DNA from: Actinomycetota bacterium
GTDB taxonomy: Bacteria; Actinomycetota; Thermoleophilia; Gaiellales; Gaiellaceae
NCBI GenBank assembly: GCA_005883355.1
Contig: VAXG01000010.1
Location: forward strand, 13,706-77,705
Reading direction: 5' to 3'
DNA: 64,000 nucleotides
Each line of letters opens with the position of its first letter. The stretch's first letter is position 1. The position numbers and the translations under genes were made by a program. The notes under the pieces were generated by a model. It saw only the letters and a program-made list of their open reading frames with translations, searched no databases and was not told the origin of the DNA. Of this stretch, positions 37,289-46,141 are shown piece by piece.

Positions 37289-37303
37289 TAGGTTGAGGAT
37301 CGC

Positions 37304-38299
37304 ATGACGGCGACCTTCTGGGCCCCGGGCCGCGTCAACCTGATGGGCGACCATACGGACTACAGCGGCGGGCTCGTCCTCCCGGTTGCGATCCACCTTG
37401 GGATCGAACTGACGGCGCGGCCCGCGGAACGCATCTCCCTCGTCTCCGACGGCGAAGCCGTGGAGCTGTCGGCGGACGGAAGCGGGGATGCGCGTGGCTG
37501 GGGCCGCTACGTCGCCGCCGTTGCACTGGAGCTGGCCGAGCTCGGTCGTCCGGCGGTCGGGCTGGAAGGAGTCTTGGCGGCAGATCTGCCTCGGGGAGCC
37601 GGTCTCGGTTCCTCGGGCGCCCTGGAGGTGGTCGTCGGTCTCGCGTTGTGCTGCGTCGCCGACTTCGACCTAGGGCAGGTCGAGCTCGCCCAGGTCTGTC
37701 GGCGTGCGGAGCAGCGGGGCGTCGGCGTGCCGTCTGGCATCCTCGACCAGGCTGCTTCGCTCCTCGGGTGCGCAGGGAAGGCGCTCTTTCTCGACTGCGG
37801 CACGCTCGAGCGGCGCTGGGTCGAGCTTCCACGCCGGCTCGCGATTCTCGTCGTCGACTCGGGCGAGCGACATTCACACGAAGCGTCGGGTTACAGCGAT
37901 CGACGCACCGAGCTCGAAGCGGGACATCCACGGCGTCTCCGTCACGTCGCCGCCGAGAACGAGCGCGTGCGCGACACGGTCGACGCGCTCGAGCGGAACG
38001 ACCTACCGGCCTTGGCCGCTCTCTTCCTCGAGAGCCATGCCAGCTTGCGCGACGACTACGAGGTCTCTACTCCGAAGCTCGACGCGGTTGTCACTGCGGC
38101 ACTCGAAGCCGGAGCGATCGGGGCGCGGATGACAGGTGGAGGTTTCGGCGGCTCGGTGCTCGCAGTGGCGGACCGGGATGACGCAGGCGCCGTTCTCCAG
38201 GGAACGCTCGAGCGAGCCGGGGCTCAGGGTTGGATCGTCGGGGCGTCCGCCGGAGCCGTCATCCGACGCAGAACGGATTCCCGTCGGGGTCGCGCATGA
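37304..38299 (+). CDS. galK: galactokinase-family GHMP kinase
   Basis: GRVNLMGDHTDYSGG (galactokinase signature with D in place of E), GHMP motif PRGAGLGSSGALEV, and SGILDQ. Short at 331 aa, so the exact sugar is uncertain. Confidence 0.8.
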   Translation: MTATFWAPGRVNLMGDHTDYSGGLVLPVAIHLGIELTARPAERISLVSDGEAVELSADGSGDARGWGRYVAAVALELAELGRPAVGLEGVLAADLPRGAGLGSSGALEVVVGLALCCVADFDLGQVELAQVCRRAEQRGVGVPSGILDQAASLLGCAGKALFLDCGTLERRWVELPRRLAILVVDSGERHSHEASGYSDRRTELEAGHPRRLRHVAAENERVRDTVDALERNDLPALAALFLESHASLRDDYEVSTPKLDAVVTAALEAGAIGARMTGGGFGGSVLAVADRDDAGAVLQGTLERAGAQGWIVGASAGAVIRRRTDSRRGRA

Positions 38300-39014
38300 T
38301 CGTGAAGGTGACGTTCGTGCCGGCCTTCGTCTCTACCACCGACGCGCCCATGCCGGTGAGGCGCTCGATTTCCGCCTCGCGGTCGTCGGTGGCGAAATCG
38401 AGGTGGATCGGATACGACGCCGGCCGGGACTTCTCGCGGCGCTGGAAGAGAAAGCGTGGACGGCCACCGTTGGGTGGTCGCGTTACGTAGAAGCCGGTGA
38501 GCTCGTGCTCGCCAACGCCGGCGGCACGGAGCTTCTGCAGGAAGCCCTCGTCGACGTTCTCGTCAGGCCAGCCGAGGGCGTTCGCCCAGAACCGCCCTAG
38601 CTCTCGCGGCTCGGCGCAGGAGAAGGTGACGTTGCCGATGTAGCGGTGCGGCAGTGCGTTCGGCGGCGACTGGATGCAGAAGCCGTTCCCTTCGGGGTCG
38701 CGCATCACGGTCCACGCCTCTTCGAGGTCTCCGACGCTGTGCGATTTCGTCTCGACGAGACGACCGCCGAGCTCGAGCACCCGTGCCAGCTCGGCCTCGC
38801 GGTCGGGCACGTTCACGTCGACGTGGATCGGCAGCTCGATCGTCGGTGACTTCGGCATCCGGTTGAAAAGCAGCCGCGTGCCCTCGCCACGGGGATCGCT
38901 CGCCAACCAGCTGTCACCCGCGGCAGCGGTCTCGTAGTCGAGCAGCTTCCCCCAGAACTCCGCGACGCGCGCCGGCTCCTCGCACGAGAACGTGATGTGT
39001 AGCAACCGGAGCAC
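38259..39014 (-). CDS. VOC (glyoxalase/bleomycin-resistance) family protein with two tandem domains
   Basis: Internal duplication (LHITFSCEEPARVAEFWGKLL vs IGNVTFSCAEPRELGRFWANAL; both halves contain DPEGN/DPDGN). Confidence 0.8.
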   Translation of the reverse strand: MLRLLHITFSCEEPARVAEFWGKLLDYETAAAGDSWLASDPRGEGTRLLFNRMPKSPTIELPIHVDVNVPDREAELARVLELGGRLVETKSHSVGDLEEAWTVMRDPEGNGFCIQSPPNALPHRYIGNVTFSCAEPRELGRFWANALGWPDENVDEGFLQKLRAAGVGEHELTGFYVTRPPNGGRPRFLFQRREKSRPASYPIHLDFATDDREAEIERLTGMGASVVETKAGTNVTFTIMRDPDGNPFCVG

Positions 39015-39180
39015 GACCGCATCCTAGAGGGCCTCGTTCGAGCGTCGGGGACGGAGAACGCGCAACCCCCCACCCTTCAGGGTGGGGTGAAGTCCCGCCA
39101 CCCTCGACAGCGACGATACCGCGCGAATACGAGCTTGTCCGTGCCGGCTTCGAACCAAGACTGATCAGCGCCGCCCTCGG

Positions 39181-39226
39181 GAGAAGGACGAGAAACGACG
39201 AGGGCGGCATCTCGGCCGCCCTCGTC
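39181..39226 (-). terminator. intrinsic terminator downstream of pnp
   Basis: On the minus strand: GACGAGGGCGGC-CGAGAU-GCCGCCCUCGUC (39226-39197, a 12-bp stem), followed by GUUUCUCGUCCUUCUC. The hairpin starts 23 nt after the pnp stop. Confidence 0.6.
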
Positions 39227-39248
39227 ACGTCTGCCTGTCGGCGCGAGC

Positions 39249-41732
39249 TTAGCGCCGCTCGCGGTCGCGTCCGCGGCCGCCGCCGCCGCCACGCCCGCCA
39301 CGTCCGCCGTCGCGCGGCGGCCGCTCTTCCTCACGCGGGCGAGGCGGTGCATCCTTCGCCCGCTCGATCAGCTCTTCCGGGCTGACCGTGGTGCCGTTCT
39401 CGTGCTTTTGGATCAGCTTCAGGCCGATCCGTCCACGGGCCTTGTCGACCTCCTGCACGAGGACGTCGAGGATGTCGCCGCGGTTGATCACGTCCTCGAT
39501 GTGCCCGACCCGTCCCGGGCCGACGTTCGAGACGTGCAGCAATCCGTCGGTGCCCTTCTTCAGCTCGACGAACGCGCCGAACTGCGTGGTCTTCACGACC
39601 TTCGCATTCCGGAACTCGTCGCCGACCTCGGGCTCCTTCGTCAGAGCCTCGATCGCGGCGATTGCCGACGCTGCCTTCTGGCCGTCGGTCGCGTAGATGA
39701 GGATCGTGCCGTCCTCCTCGATGTCGATCTGCACCTCGTGGTCGGACTCGAGCGCGCGGATCGTCTCGCCGCCCTTGCCGATCACCATGCCGATCTTCTC
39801 GGGGTCGATCTTCACGGTCGAGATGCGCGGTGCGTTCTCGTTCAGCTCGGACCGCACCTCCGGGATCGCCTCGAGCATCTTGTCGAGGATGATCTCGCGG
39901 GCCCGCTTGGCCTGCTCGAGCGCGGCCTGCATGATCTCCCGCGTCACGCCGGTGATCTTGATGTCCATCTGCAGGCCGGTGATTCCTTCGCGCGTGCCGG
40001 CGACCTTGAAGTCCATGTCGCCGAGGTGGTCCTCTGCGCCCTGGATGTCCGTGAGGATGACGTAGTCGTCGCCCTCTTTGACGAGGCCCATCGCGATGCC
40101 GGAGACCGGTGCCTTGATCGGCACGCCGGCGTCCATCAGCGCGAGCGTCGACCCGCAGACCGAGCCCATCGACGACGAGCCGTTCGACTCGAGCGTCTCG
40201 GACACGATGCGGATCGTGTACGGGAACTCATCCGTCGGAGGGATCACCGGCTCGAGCGAGCGCTGCGCCAGTGCACCGTGGCCGATGTCGCGGCGTTTCG
40301 GGCCGCGCATGAAGCCGGTCTCCCCGACCGAATAGGGCGGGAAGTTGTAGTGGTGCATGAAGCGGCGGTCGGTTTCGAGCGAGAGGTCGTCGATCCGCTG
40401 GCCTTCCTTCGCAGTGCCGAGCGTCAGCAGCGACAGGATCTGCGTCTGTCCGCGCGTGAAGAGGCCCGAGCCGTGCACGCGCGGCGCGACGCCGACCTCG
40501 CACTCGATCGGACGGATCTCCTCCGGACTGCGACCGTCGGGCCGGTGCTTGTCCACCGCGATCTTGCGGCGCACGAGCTCCTTGTAGACAGCCTCGGCAG
40601 ACTTCTTGATGTAGTTCTTCGTGATCGAGTCCTTCGCGGTCGCCGCCTCACCCTCGCCGACCGACGGGCCGACCGGGAACGGCAGCTTGACCGTCTCGAT
40701 GATGTGGTCGAAGAGCAGCTGGCGCTTCGCCGACTTCAGCTCCTTCGAGTCCTGCTCGGCATCGGTCAGCGCCCGCAGGTCGCTTTCGAACTGCTCACGG
40801 ACGGAATGCAGCACCGCCTCGAGGCGGATCTGCTCGAGCACCGTCGCGAGGCTCATCTTGCGCTGGACCTGCCGGAGAACGTCCTCCTCGGTGGAGTCCA
40901 TGCTCAGCTCGCCGAGCGCCTCTTCGATGACGGCGTCGGAGGCCCGCAGGCCCTCGGCGTTGATCCGCTCGCGGATCGTGTCGCCGAACTCTCGCTCGAC
41001 CTCTTCCGTGACGCTCGAGTCGAGCCATTTCGCCTTGCCGGCCTGACGCTGGAGTTCCAGTTGCGCGTCGCAGAGCTTCCTGATCTCGTCGTGCGCAAGG
41101 TCGAGGGCCTCGAGGAGCTTCTCCTCGCTGACCTGATTCGCACCAGCCTCGACCATCGTGAGCGCGTCGGGCGTGCCGACGACGATCAGGTCGAGCTCCT
41201 TGTGCTCCTCCACTTCGGGAAGCGTCGGATTGACGACGAGCTCGCCGTCGATGATCGCAACTCGCACGGCTCCGACCGGGCCGAGGAACGGCATCGGGGA
41301 GAGCATCAACGCGGCCGATGCGCCGTTGATGCACAGGATGTCGTGCGCGGTGATCAGATCGGCGCTCAGCACCGTGCAGATCACCTGGGTCTCGTTCTTG
41401 TAGCCCTTGGGCCACAGCGGCCTGATCGGCCGGTCGATCATGCGTGCAGTCAGGATCGCTCGCTCCGTCGGACGTCCTTCGCGCTTGAAGAAGCCGCCGG
41501 GGATCTTGCCGGCGGCATACATGCGCTCCTCGACGTCGACGGTGAGCGGGAAGAAGTCTGCGCCTTCACGCGGCTCCATCCGGCCCTGTGCGGTCGCCAG
41601 CACCATCGTGTCGCCGGAGCGGACGACGACGGAACCGTCCGCCTGCTTCGCCAGCTTGCCGCTTTCGAACGTGATCTCGCGCCCGCCGACCGTCACGCTG
41701 ACGTCGGCCCGGCGCTCAGTGGCAATTGCCAT
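39249..41732 (-). CDS. pnp: polyribonucleotide nucleotidyltransferase (PNPase)
   Basis: Two RNase PH domains, KH and S1 domains. Arg/Gly-rich C-terminal tail (GGRGGRGGGGGRGRDRERR). Start set to ATG 41732, with GGAGGA 6 nt upstream (the ORF track begins one codon earlier at a TTG). Confidence 0.97.
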   Translation of the reverse strand: MAIATERRADVSVTVGGREITFESGKLAKQADGSVVVRSGDTMVLATAQGRMEPREGADFFPLTVDVEERMYAAGKIPGGFFKREGRPTERAILTARMIDRPIRPLWPKGYKNETQVICTVLSADLITAHDILCINGASAALMLSPMPFLGPVGAVRVAIIDGELVVNPTLPEVEEHKELDLIVVGTPDALTMVEAGANQVSEEKLLEALDLAHDEIRKLCDAQLELQRQAGKAKWLDSSVTEEVEREFGDTIRERINAEGLRASDAVIEEALGELSMDSTEEDVLRQVQRKMSLATVLEQIRLEAVLHSVREQFESDLRALTDAEQDSKELKSAKRQLLFDHIIETVKLPFPVGPSVGEGEAATAKDSITKNYIKKSAEAVYKELVRRKIAVDKHRPDGRSPEEIRPIECEVGVAPRVHGSGLFTRGQTQILSLLTLGTAKEGQRIDDLSLETDRRFMHHYNFPPYSVGETGFMRGPKRRDIGHGALAQRSLEPVIPPTDEFPYTIRIVSETLESNGSSSMGSVCGSTLALMDAGVPIKAPVSGIAMGLVKEGDDYVILTDIQGAEDHLGDMDFKVAGTREGITGLQMDIKITGVTREIMQAALEQAKRAREIILDKMLEAIPEVRSELNENAPRISTVKIDPEKIGMVIGKGGETIRALESDHEVQIDIEEDGTILIYATDGQKAASAIAAIEALTKEPEVGDEFRNAKVVKTTQFGAFVELKKGTDGLLHVSNVGPGRVGHIEDVINRGDILDVLVQEVDKARGRIGLKLIQKHENGTTVSPEELIERAKDAPPRPREEERPPRDGGRGGRGGGGGRGRDRERR

Positions 41733-41831
41733 CAATTGTCCTCCACTCTGCTTTTGCGGGAGAGTGGGGACTCGAGTCAGCGTCGTCGGCGGCGCTCGCT
41801 CGAATCTCCACCCTCTCTGGTTACGACGGGA
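41733..41831 (-). promoter_or_regulatory. rpsO-pnp intergenic leader with a long hairpin and an SD-proximal alternative stem
   Basis: On the minus strand, GAGAGGGUGGAGAUUCGAG can pair with CUCGAGUCCCCACUCUC. The CCACUCU segment can instead pair with AGAGUGG just 5' of the GGAGGA SD. Its position matches the pnp autoregulatory leaders known in other bacteria. Confidence 0.5.
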
Positions 41832-42101
41832 CTACCTGCGCAGTCCCAGTTCCTTGATCAATGCGCGATATCCCTCCAGGTCGTGTTTCTGGAGATACGT
41901 CAGGAAGCGCCGTCTGCGCCCGACGAGCTTCAGCAGCCCGCGACGGGAGTAGTGATCCTTCGGGTGCGCCCGCAAGTGCTCCGTCAGGTCGTTGATGCGC
42001 TTCGTGAGGAGCGCGACCTGCACCTTGGTCGACCCCGTATCGGTGTTGCTCGCCCCGTGTTGCTGGACGATTTCCCGTTTGACTTCCTTCGTAAGGCCCA
42101 T
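41832..42101 (-). CDS. rpsO: 30S ribosomal protein S15
   Basis: 89 aa ([40 protein letters not shown]). GGAGGTGAG immediately upstream of ATG 42101. The longer ORF in the track is an artefact. Confidence 0.97.
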   Translation of the reverse strand: MGLTKEVKREIVQQHGASNTDTGSTKVQVALLTKRINDLTEHLRAHPKDHYSRRGLLKLVGRRRRFLTYLQKHDLEGYRALIKELGLRR

Positions 42102-42193
42102 CTCACCTCCGTCGTCGTCAGTCCCAGCAATCCGCCGGAAGCAGGCGGAAAGCCGCGGCTGCGGTCGGCGGACAGGGTAGCAACGATGCGGGG

Positions 42194-42973
42194 TTACTTG
42201 AGCAGGAGCTTGCCGATGCGCCGTTGCGCGACGAACAGGCCGCAGGCCCCGAGGACGAGCAGATAGCCGACGTTCACGAGCTGAGCCCAGCCGACGGTCC
42301 CGAGGTTGAGGGCCCGCAGTAGCTGGACAGCGTGGTAGAGCGGCGACAAGCGAACGACCCATTGGATCGCGCTCGGATACGTCGTGATCGGGAAGAACGT
42401 CGCCGAGAACAGGAACATGGGTAGCTGAACGAGGCCGATCAGCTCGAAGTCCTGCCAGGTGCGCATGAACGTCGTCGCGGCCACGCCGACGCCTGCGAAT
42501 GCAAAGCCGATCACGACCGCGCCCGGCAGCGCGAGCAGTCCCCAGGCCGACTCGATCAGTCCGAGCGCGCCGGCGACGGCCATGAACGAGATCGCGTAGA
42601 GGAACCCTCGGAAGAGCGCCCACGCCGTCTCACCCACGGCCACGTCGGCCGGCTCGATCGGCGTCGAGAGCACCGCGTCGTAGGTCTTCATGTACTTCAG
42701 CTTCCAGAACACGTTCGTCGCGTCGTAGATGGCACCGTTCATCGCAGCAGAGGCCAGCAGCGCAGGCGCGACGAAGCTCGCGTAGTCGACGAGACGTCCA
42801 CCGGGAAGTGGGACCTTCCCGACGAAGTGTCCCAGCCCGATGCCCATCGAGAAGAGGTAGAAGAGCGGCTCGAAGACGCCGGAGAAGATGACCATCCACG
42901 ACCTGCGGTACACCATCAGGTTGCGCTCGAAGAGCAGGCGGCCCCGGCTCCCGGCAAACGCGGCGGTGGTCAC
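42194..42973 (-). CDS. ABC-2 type transporter permease
   Basis: Start set to GTG 42973, overlapping the upstream stop (GTGA). Six-helix ABC-2 pattern. Paralogous to the upstream permease (..[21 protein letters not shown]..). Confidence 0.85.
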   Translation of the reverse strand: MTTAAFAGSRGRLLFERNLMVYRRSWMVIFSGVFEPLFYLFSMGIGLGHFVGKVPLPGGRLVDYASFVAPALLASAAMNGAIYDATNVFWKLKYMKTYDAVLSTPIEPADVAVGETAWALFRGFLYAISFMAVAGALGLIESAWGLLALPGAVVIGFAFAGVGVAATTFMRTWQDFELIGLVQLPMFLFSATFFPITTYPSAIQWVVRLSPLYHAVQLLRALNLGTVGWAQLVNVGYLLVLGACGLFVAQRRIGKLLLK

Positions 42974-43746
42974 TTCAGCAGCCTCTCCGCATACGTGCGC
43001 TGGGCCCACAGGAAGCCGATCACGACGAAGAGCAGGAGATAGGCCGCATGTCCCAATGCGCGCACGACGTGCACGTCGCCGAGGGTGAACATGCGACAGA
43101 GCTCGACCCCGTGCCACAGCGGCGTGGCGTAGGCAAGCCATTCGAGCGGCAACGGCAACCGCGAGACCGGAAAGAACGTTCCCGAGAAGAGAAACATCGG
43201 GACGACGATGAAACGATTGACGGGCACGAAGGCCGCGTCCGATTCCACCGTCGCTGCATACGCCGCAAACGGGGTCGTGAAGGCTGCGCCGAGCAGGACG
43301 GCGGCCGGCAACGCGAGGATCCCGAAGAATGAGTCGACCGCGCCGAAGGCTGCGATCACCGCGAGGTACACGGCACTGGTCGACGCGACCCGTGCGGTCA
43401 TCCAGAGTTGATGGCCGAGCACGATGTCTCGCGTTCCGAGCGGGGTCGCGAGCATCGCGAAGTACTGGCGCGTCCACTTGATCGACCCCATCACCGGCCA
43501 CGAGGACTCCCCCGCGGCGATGGTCATGGCCGTTGCCGCGAGCATTCCCGGAGCAACGAAGTCGAGGTACGGGACCCCGAGAGAGGCGCCGCTGGATTTG
43601 TTCACGAGCGTCCCCAGCCCCACGCCGAGCGCGCCGAGATAGAAGACCGGGTTGACGATGCTCGTGATCGCCGTGCCACGCCAGACGCGCCGGTACTGCA
43701 TCAGCCAGTACTCGAAGACTCGAAGGGGCAGCGCCAGGGAGCTCAC
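42970..43746 (-). CDS. ABC-2 type transporter permease
   Basis: Start set to GTG 43746, overlapping the ATPase stop (GTGA). ..FEYWLMQYRRVWRGTAITSIVNPVFYL.. Confidence 0.85.
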   Translation of the reverse strand: MSSLALPLRVFEYWLMQYRRVWRGTAITSIVNPVFYLGALGVGLGTLVNKSSGASLGVPYLDFVAPGMLAATAMTIAAGESSWPVMGSIKWTRQYFAMLATPLGTRDIVLGHQLWMTARVASTSAVYLAVIAAFGAVDSFFGILALPAAVLLGAAFTTPFAAYAATVESDAAFVPVNRFIVVPMFLFSGTFFPVSRLPLPLEWLAYATPLWHGVELCRMFTLGDVHVVRALGHAAYLLLFVVIGFLWAQRTYAERLLK

Positions 43747-44702
43747 TCGTCCACCAGTGTCCGACCCGTCAGGTGCAGGAAGACGTCCTCGAGCGTGGAG
43801 CGGCGCACCAACACGCTGTCGGGCTGGAGGCCGAGCTCGTGGACGTGCGAGGCGGTCGCGTCCCCGTCGTCCGTATAGAGGAGCAGGCGGTCCGGGAGCG
43901 CCTCGAGCCTGCGGACGAAGCCGTCCAGGCGCGACGAGAGCCCGGCCGCGACCTCCTCCGGCCGGTTCTCCCCGCGGAAACGGAGCTCGACCACCTCGCG
44001 CGTCGAGTAACGGCGGATGAGCTCCAGCGGCGAGCCCTCGGCGGCGATCTTGCCCTTGTCCATGACGACGAGCCGGTCGCACAGCTGCTCGGCCTCGTCC
44101 ATGTAGTGAGTCGTGAGAATCAGCGTGACGCCACGCTGCTTCAGCCGGAAGAGCCGGTCCCAGACGGTGTGCCGTGCCTGCGGATCGAGCCCCGTCGTGG
44201 GCTCGTCGAGCAGCATCACCTCGGGATCGTTCACGAGCGAGCGTGCGATCGTCAGGCGCCTCTTCATTCCACCCGACAGTGGCTCCACCCTCGAATCGGC
44301 GCGCTCCTTCAACTGGACGAAATCGATCAGCTCGTCGGCGCGCCGGCCAAGGTCGCCGCGAGGCAAGCCGAAGTAACGGCCGTAGATGATGATGTTCTCG
44401 CGCACCGTCAGCTCCATGTCGAGCGTGTCCTGCTGCGGCACGACGCCGAGGCGCGCGCGGATGTCTGCTCCCTGTGTGATCGGGTCCAGCCCGAGGATGC
44501 GCAGCGTGCCGCCCGACGGCGGCGAGACGCAGCCGATCATGCGCATCGTCGAGGTCTTGCCTGCCCCGTTCGGTCCGAGGAAGCCGAACGCCTCACCGCG
44601 TTCGACGTCGAAGTCGACGCCGTCCACCGCCACGAGCTCACCGAACCGTTTTACGAGCCCGCGCGCGTGCACCAGCGGCAGCTGCTCAGTTGCATCAGCC
44701 AC
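43743..44702 (-). CDS. ABC transporter ATP-binding protein (DrrA/NodI-like exporter type)
   Basis: Walker A GPNGAGKTS, signature LSGGMKRRL and Walker B MLLDEPT. Confidence 0.92.
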   Translation of the reverse strand: MADATEQLPLVHARGLVKRFGELVAVDGVDFDVERGEAFGFLGPNGAGKTSTMRMIGCVSPPSGGTLRILGLDPITQGADIRARLGVVPQQDTLDMELTVRENIIIYGRYFGLPRGDLGRRADELIDFVQLKERADSRVEPLSGGMKRRLTIARSLVNDPEVMLLDEPTTGLDPQARHTVWDRLFRLKQRGVTLILTTHYMDEAEQLCDRLVVMDKGKIAAEGSPLELIRRYSTREVVELRFRGENRPEEVAAGLSSRLDGFVRRLEALPDRLLLYTDDGDATASHVHELGLQPDSVLVRRSTLEDVFLHLTGRTLVDE

Positions 44703-44758
44703 TCCTGCAACCTATCGGCCGCGCCGGTGCGTGCAGCGGCGCGGTAGCGTTTCGCGCG

Positions 44759-46141
44759 ATGCAAGCGGCTGTTGCGGGTGGCCATCCGGCGACGGTGGCG
44801 ACGGGAATCGAGATCCTCGAGGACGGAGGGAACGCGGCGGATGCTGCCGTCGCAGCCTCGCTTGCGTCGTGTGTCGCCGAAACTGTGATGACGGGGCTAC
44901 TCGCGGGCGGCCACGCCGTGTACTTCGACGCCGCAAGCGGGCGAGCTCGCAATCTCGACTGCTTCGTCGCCGTGCCCGGCTTGGGCGAGGAGCCGCGAGA
45001 GGCGGAACTGATTCACCTCGACGTTCTCTTCGGCGCGGAGCTCGTCCACTACGCGGTCGGACCGGCGTCGTGCGCGGTACCGGGGCTGCCGGCGGGGCTC
45101 GAGGCGCTGTCGCGCCGGCACGGGCGGCTGCCCTGGCGCCGCCTCGTGGAGCCCGCGCTCCGACTGGCCCGTGACGGCGTCGACTTTCCTCGGGCGCACG
45201 CAGCGTGCCTCGCGATGCTCGCGCCGGTGATGACGATGAACGAAGGCGCGGCGATCTACGCCCCAGGCGGCGAGTTGCTCCAGGCCGGCGATCGGCTCGA
45301 ACAACCCGGACTGGTCGCGGCATTGGAAGCGCTCGCCGACGACGCCGCGTCGGTGTACAGCGGCACGATCGCAGCCGAGCTGCTCGCGCTATCCGCGGAG
45401 CGAAACGGCCTTCTCACCCCGGCGGACTTCGACGCGTACGAACCGCACTGGGCCGATCCCGTCGAGGTCGGCTATGCCGGTGGGCGTGTCGCCACGCGGG
45501 GCGGTCTGTCGGGGGTCCCCGAGACCGTGCGGCGGCTGCCGGACCTCCGTGGCCTCGACGGCACGGAACGCGTCCTCGCCCTGTTCGACGTCTTCGGCAC
45601 GCCGGCCGACCTCCCCGGTGACACGACGAACGTGTCGGTCGTCGATCGGGAAGGCAACGCCTGTGCGTTCACGTCCAGCCTCGGGCTCGGCTCCGGCGAC
45701 TTCATTCCGGGACTCGATCTCCATCTGAACAGCATGCTCGGAGAAGCCGACCTGCTGCGAGGACGGCTGGAGCCCGGTTCTCGGATGCAGAGCATGATGG
45801 CGCCGCTGCTGGCGTTGGACGCCGACGGGCTTTCACTCGCCGCCGGCGCTGCCGGAGGGACGCGGCTCAGGACCGCGCTCCTCGCGGTCGTCGCGGGCAT
45901 CCTCGACGAAGGCCTTGCCGCCGCTGCCGCGGTGGGGCGCCCGCGGTTTCATGCAGCCCCCGACGTCGTCAACGCGGAACCGGGCGTGGACGAGGTTGCG
46001 CTCGAGGAGCTCGAAGCTCGAGGGCTCAGCGTCCGACGCTGGCCGGCGCCGCATCACTATTTCGGCGGCGTCAGCGTCGTCAGCCGTGCCGGTGCGGCAG
46101 GCGATCCGCGTCGAAGTGGGACGGCGTCCACGACTCGCTGA
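44759..46141 (+). CDS. ggt: gamma-glutamyltransferase family protein
   Basis: Start set to ATG 44759 (MQAAVAGGHPATVATGIEILEDGGNAADAAVA). Autoprocessing/nucleophile region PGDTTNVSVVDREGNA. Confidence 0.85.
   Translation: MQAAVAGGHPATVATGIEILEDGGNAADAAVAASLASCVAETVMTGLLAGGHAVYFDAASGRARNLDCFVAVPGLGEEPREAELIHLDVLFGAELVHYAVGPASCAVPGLPAGLEALSRRHGRLPWRRLVEPALRLARDGVDFPRAHAACLAMLAPVMTMNEGAAIYAPGGELLQAGDRLEQPGLVAALEALADDAASVYSGTIAAELLALSAERNGLLTPADFDAYEPHWADPVEVGYAGGRVATRGGLSGVPETVRRLPDLRGLDGTERVLALFDVFGTPADLPGDTTNVSVVDREGNACAFTSSLGLGSGDFIPGLDLHLNSMLGEADLLRGRLEPGSRMQSMMAPLLALDADGLSLAAGAAGGTRLRTALLAVVAGILDEGLAAAAAVGRPRFHAAPDVVNAEPGVDEVALEELEARGLSVRRWPAPHHYFGGVSVVSRAGAAGDPRRSGTASTTR

Noticed and set aside
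39135-39160. tRNA-like T-loop string (minus strand GGTTCGAAGCC) between pnp and the VOC gene.
   Set aside because: The flanks do not form a T-stem, and no acceptor, D or anticodon arms can be drawn.
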